From assembly GCA_964645155.1 (NCBI GenBank), contig CAZYBG010000003.1, forward strand, positions 7,093 through 71,092: a DNA stretch of 64,000 nucleotides. Direction: 5' to 3'. The DNA is from an uncultured Rhodobacterales bacterium (GTDB taxonomy: Bacteria; Pseudomonadota; Alphaproteobacteria; Rhodobacterales; Rhodobacteraceae). Positions 60,585 to 64,000 of this stretch are shown here, one piece after another (the first letter of the stretch is position 1; every line of letters starts with the position of its first letter). The notes below the pieces were generated by a model, which had not been told where the DNA came from, searched no databases, and saw only the letters and a program-made list of their open reading frames with translations. A program made the position numbers and the translations under genes.

Positions 60585-60898
60585 GGCATGTGGAACACGG
60601 TCCGGAGCGGCACCGCGACCGGTTCGTTGCCGGGCCCGGTCTCCATGATGTCGGCCATGTGGGCCCACCAGCGCTGCATCACCGGATGCGCGGGAAGCCC
60701 GGCCATGCCGTGATCGGCCGTACGCCAGAGGACGGCGAAGAGGCTGTGCGTCTCCTCGTCGAGATGGATCGAGTAGTCCGAGATGCCGGCCGCGCGCAGC
60801 AGATCGGCAAGCTCGGGCCAGATCGCGTCGTGCCGGCGCCGGTATTCCTCGGCGCAGCCGGGATTAAGCCGCATCCGGAAGGCGTATTTCTCGCTCAT
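60581..60898 (-). CDS. rhaM: L-rhamnose mutarotase
   Basis: 105 aa. [26 protein letters not shown] and [15 protein letters not shown]. Confidence 0.85.
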   Translation of the reverse strand: MSEKYAFRMRLNPGCAEEYRRRHDAIWPELADLLRAAGISDYSIHLDEETHSLFAVLWRTADHGMAGLPAHPVMQRWWAHMADIMETGPGNEPVAVPLRTVFHMP

Positions 60899-61878
60899 CG
60901 CCGCACCATCGCCCAGAGCCGCGGCAACGCGATCACCCCGATCAGCAGGAGCCCGACGAAGATCGACATGACGATTCCGGGCACGTTCAGGAGCCCCAGC
61001 CCGAAGGTGACGAGCCCCATCACGAAGGCCGCGATCACCACCCCGGGGATCGAGCCCGAACCGCCGAGGATGCTGACCCCGCCGAGGACCACCATCGTCA
61101 CCACCTCGAGCTCGAGCCCGGTGGCGATCGACGGCCGCGTCGAGCCGAGGCGCGAGGTCAGGCAGATGGCCGCAACGCCAGACATCAGGCCGGTCATCAG
61201 GAACAGGAGGAATTTCACCCGGCCGACGCGGATGCCCGAGAACAGCGCGGCGGTCGGGTTGTTGCCGATCGCATAGACCGCGCGGCCGAAGTTCGTCCGG
61301 TGCAGCAGAACGCCGTAGGCGCCGGCGAGCAGCGCGAAGAGCACGAGCTCGAAGCTGACGACCCACCAGACATAACCCTGCCCGAAGAACGCGAAGCCCG
61401 GCGGATAGCCGGTATAGGCCTTGTCGCCGAGGACGATATACGAGATCCCGCGGAAGAGGCTCATCGTGCCGATCGTCACGACGATCGAGGGCAGCCCCAT
61501 CCCGGTGACGAGCACGCCGTTGATCGCGCCGCAGATCAGGCCGACGGCGAGGCCGATCAGCACAAGCTCCGGCACCCCCGCCCCGACCTGCGCCGCCGCG
61601 CCCATCGCCGTGGAGGCGAGCGCGATGATCGAGGCGACCGAAAGGTCGATCTCGCCCGCGATGATGAGGAGCGCCATCGCGAAGGCGATCATCGCCTTCT
61701 CGGTGAAGTTGAAGGTGGCGTCGGACAGGTTCCAGGCGTTGAGGAAGTAGGGCGAGGCGAGGCTGTTTGCGATGAAGATCGCGATCGCGACGGCAAGCAG
61801 CAGGCTTTCCCACCGCGCCATGAGGCGCATCGCGGGCGATGCCAGCCGGTCGGGAACCTGCCGGGCGGCGTCGGTCAT
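60895..61878 (-). CDS. rhaQ: Sugar ABC transporter permease (RhaQ-like)
   Basis: 327 aa, AraH/RbsC-type permease ([23 protein letters not shown]). ATGA overlaps at both ends. Confidence 0.75.
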   Translation of the reverse strand: MTDAARQVPDRLASPAMRLMARWESLLLAVAIAIFIANSLASPYFLNAWNLSDATFNFTEKAMIAFAMALLIIAGEIDLSVASIIALASTAMGAAAQVGAGVPELVLIGLAVGLICGAINGVLVTGMGLPSIVVTIGTMSLFRGISYIVLGDKAYTGYPPGFAFFGQGYVWWVVSFELVLFALLAGAYGVLLHRTNFGRAVYAIGNNPTAALFSGIRVGRVKFLLFLMTGLMSGVAAICLTSRLGSTRPSIATGLELEVVTMVVLGGVSILGGSGSIPGVVIAAFVMGLVTFGLGLLNVPGIVMSIFVGLLLIGVIALPRLWAMVRR

Positions 61879-62855
61879 GCCTGGCCCTCGGCGCGCCGCA
61901 GGATGATCCGCCCCCTGCTCCGCCCGGCGCGCGCGTTGAAGGCGACGGCCACCACGATGGCGCTGCCCGAGATCGCGAGCTGCCAGAACGGCGAGACGTT
62001 GACGACCGGCAGCGCGTTCTTGATGACGCCGAGGAAGATCGCGCCGAGGAGGGCGCCGACGGCCGTTCCCGCGCCGCCGGCGATGGCGATGCCGCCGATC
62101 ACGCAGGCGGCCACCACCTCGAGCTCGAACCCGCCGGCGATGTCGACATAGGCGACCGCGTAGCGGGCGACCCAGAGATAGCCGGTCAGGCCGGCGAGCG
62201 TTCCCGACAGCACGAAGGCCCAGAACTGCGTACGCCCGACATCGATGCCGGCATAGACGGCCGCCCGCGGGTTGCCGCCCACCGCGTAGAACGCGCGCCC
62301 GAGCGCCGTCCGCGTCGTCACGACGTGGAACAAGACCGCGACCAGCACGGCGATCCAGCCGAGCACCGGAAGGCCCAGCACGACGGTCCGCGGAAAGCCG
62401 GTGAAGGCGGCGGTCATCTCGTGGCTGTTCACCCACTGGCCGTCGGAGATCAGGAAGATGATGCCCCGGTAGATCGTCATGGTGCCGAGCGTCACGACGA
62501 TCGGCGGGATCGAGAGGGTCCAGACCAGGAGCCCGTTCACCGCGCCCATCAGCGCGCCGAGGGCGAGGGCGAGCGCGATCGTCACCGCCACCGGCAGCCC
62601 CGGCATCGCGACGTTCAGCATGGCGACGACCATCCCGGTCAGCGCGAGGTTCGCAGCGACCGAAAGGTCGATGCAGCGGGTCAGGATCACCACCGTCTGG
62701 CCCAGCGCGAGGATGACGAGCGGCGCGGTATCGTTGAACACGCGAAGCAGGTTCGGCGGCGCGACGAAGGCCGGAAACCGCGTGGCGATCAGCGCCAGCA
62801 GCGCCAGGATCACCGCGACGAGCAACGCTTCGCGCGATTTCAGGACCTGCATCAT
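61875..62855 (-). CDS. rhaP: Sugar ABC transporter permease (RhaP-like)
   Basis: 326 aa ([24 protein letters not shown]). ATGA overlaps at both ends. Confidence 0.75.
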   Translation of the reverse strand: MMQVLKSREALLVAVILALLALIATRFPAFVAPPNLLRVFNDTAPLVILALGQTVVILTRCIDLSVAANLALTGMVVAMLNVAMPGLPVAVTIALALALGALMGAVNGLLVWTLSIPPIVVTLGTMTIYRGIIFLISDGQWVNSHEMTAAFTGFPRTVVLGLPVLGWIAVLVAVLFHVVTTRTALGRAFYAVGGNPRAAVYAGIDVGRTQFWAFVLSGTLAGLTGYLWVARYAVAYVDIAGGFELEVVAACVIGGIAIAGGAGTAVGALLGAIFLGVIKNALPVVNVSPFWQLAISGSAIVVAVAFNARAGRSRGRIILRRAEGQA

Positions 62856-64000
62856 GCGGGCGCGCCCCCGATGCCCGCGGCGTGGCGGACGAGGGTCTCG
62901 GGCGTCAGCCCCGCGCCCGAGAGTTCGGCCACGACCAGCCCCTCGCGCATCACGATCACCCGGTCGGACATGCCGAGGATCTCGGGGATCTCCGAACTGA
63001 CCATGATGACGGCAAGCCCACCGGCCGCGAGTTCGGCCATGAAGGCGTGCACCGCGGCCTTCGAGCCGATGTCGATGCCCTTGGTCGGCTCGTCGAGGAT
63101 GATGACGCGCGGCCGGGTGGCGAGCCACTTGGCGATCACCACCTTCTGCTGGTTGCCGCCCGAGAGGGTGCCGACATCCTGGTCGAGCGCGGCCGCGCGC
63201 AGCTCGAGCCGCGAGGTGTAGTCACGGGCAAGACGGAACTCTTCGGCGAGCCGGAGGAAGCCCGCCCGCGACGTGGTGCCGAGCGAGGGCAGCGTGACGT
63301 TCTGGTAGATCGGCAGGCCGATGACGGCGCCCTGGCGGCCGCGGTCCTCGGGGACATAGACGATGCCGCTCGCGATGGCGTCGGCGGGGGCGCGGATGCT
63401 GCAGGGCGCGCCGTCGATGCGGATCGTTCCCGCCGAGGCGCGGGTGACGCCGAAGATCGCCTGCATCAGCTCGGAACGGCCGGCGCCGACCAGGCCGTAG
63501 AAGCCGAGGATCTCGCCGGCGCGCAGGGTGAAGGTGATTCCGTCGAACTCGGTCGGGTGGGCCAGCCCCTCGACCGACAGCACCTCGCGCCCGGCGGCCG
63601 GGGCGCCGGCACGGGCGCGGGCCGGGAAGATCTGGTCGACCGGGCGGCCGACCATCATGCGGACGAGCTCGTCCTCGGTCACGTCCGACATCCGGCCGGA
63701 GCCGACATGGCAGCCATCGCGGAACACGGTGTAGCGGTCGGCGATCCGGAAGATCTCGTCGAACTTGTGCGAGATGAAGAGGATCGCCCGCCCTTCGGCC
63801 TTGAGCCGCGCGACGAGGTCGTAGAGCTCCTCGATCTCCTTCTGGCTGAGGGCGGCGGTCGGCTCGTCCATCACCACCACGCGGGCATCCACCGACAGGG
63901 CGCGCGCGATCGCGACGAGGTGGCGGTTGGCGATGCCGAGTTCCTTCAGCGGCGCGTCGGGATCGAGCCGTGCGTCGATGCGTTCGAGGATCGCGGCGGC
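62852..64000 (-). CDS. rhaT: Sugar ABC transporter ATP-binding protein with two ATPase domains (RhaT-like), 5' end outside the window
   Basis: The reading frame stays open to position 64000 (..GIANRHLVAIARALSVDARVVVMDEPTAALS..). The second domain has LSGGNQQKVVIAKWL and ILDEPTKGID. Confidence 0.8.
   Translation of the reverse strand, partial: AAAILERIDARLDPDAPLKELGIANRHLVAIARALSVDARVVVMDEPTAALSQKEIEELYDLVARLKAEGRAILFISHKFDEIFRIADRYTVFRDGCHVGSGRMSDVTEDELVRMMVGRPVDQIFPARARAGAPAAGREVLSVEGLAHPTEFDGITFTLRAGEILGFYGLVGAGRSELMQAIFGVTRASAGTIRIDGAPCSIRAPADAIASGIVYVPEDRGRQGAVIGLPIYQNVTLPSLGTTSRAGFLRLAEEFRLARDYTSRLELRAAALDQDVGTLSGGNQQKVVIAKWLATRPRVIILDEPTKGIDIGSKAAVHAFMAELAAGGLAVIMVSSEIPEILGMSDRVIVMREGLVVAELSGAGLTPETLVRHAAGIGGAPA

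Noticed and set aside
1-64000. Search for CRISPR arrays, IS elements, transposases, integrases, tRNA or rRNA genes, and prophage or defence-system genes
   Set aside because: No regularly spaced repeats, no transposase, integrase or recombinase motifs in any frame of the ORF track, no tRNA-like cloverleaf candidates in the intergenic regions, and no nuclease, helicase or methylase defence signatures. A dedicated tool (tRNAscan, Infernal, ISfinder, DefenseFinder) would be needed to be certain.

Overview
Visibly GC-rich (by eye roughly two-thirds to 70% G+C, not computed), gene-dense segment that looks alphaproteobacterial (Rhodobacterales/Rhizobiales-like). I call about 64 protein-coding genes. 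About 20 gene junctions are 4-nt ATGA/GTGA start-stop overlaps. I found no rRNA, tRNA, CRISPR array, transposase or integrase by eye. All calls rest on motif recognition only, with no BLAST or HMM searches.

Gene order:
- 1-3.6 kb: levansucrase (GH68) plus a GH32 enzyme.
- 3.7-6 kb: periplasmic PQQ dehydrogenase coupled to a small membrane protein.
- 6.3-11.5 kb: atypical heme-copper oxidase locus. Subunit II is QoxA/CyoA-like and has lost its CuA ligands, subunits I and III are fused, and CtaG-like, HemJ-like and DUF2231 genes sit alongside.
- 11.6-24.3 kb: glycoconjugate locus. An 8.1-kb overlapping operon starts with a receiver(REC)-domain::MurG-like glycosyltransferase fusion, followed by two GT4 glycosyltransferases, an MsbA-type ABC exporter and two kinase-like genes. 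It is flanked by a histidine kinase, a degenerate NtrC-like regulator and a second GT28-like/kinase pair.
- 24.3-29.8 kb: HisKA_2 sensor kinase and a stress-gene island (membrane-stress trio, VOC protein, Mn catalase, DUF2934).
- 29.9-40.7 kb: second glycan locus with UDP-xylose synthase, three tandem CgeB-like glycosyltransferase paralogs, a GT4, a clan GH-A-like::CDP-tyvelose-2-epimerase-like fusion, an SDR, and divergent MDR and Gfo/Idh/MocA oxidoreductases.
- 40.7-42.2 kb: DUF892 protein, an EcfG-type ECF sigma factor and a NepR-like ORF.
- 42.4-46 kb: pcaC-pcaH-pcaG plus a BKACE-family gene, and a dienelactone hydrolase.
- 46.1-49.9 kb: EF-hand protein, OmpR/EnvZ-type two-component system and an EEP lipoprotein.
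- 49.9-57.8 kb: CoA-dependent hydroxycinnamate catabolism with a TRAP transporter and a MarR regulator.
- 57.9-59.2 kb: DUF1045 and hemP.
- 59.2-64 kb: Rhizobium-type rhamnose genes rhaT-P-Q-M(U)-K, truncated at the window end.

Main hunting results:
- The REC-gated glycosyltransferase/kinase/exporter locus looks like an uncharacterised, signal-controlled glycoconjugate system.
- Nine strong GGAAC-N16/17-[C/G]GTT motifs (EcfG-type promoters) lie in intergenic DNA, each pointing at a downstream gene. One pair forms a palindromic bidirectional promoter. Together they link the stress genes, the PQQ-dehydrogenase/oxidase-assembly region and the CgeB-type glycan operon into one predicted general-stress regulon.
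- A heme-copper oxidase without CuA, with fused subunits I and III.
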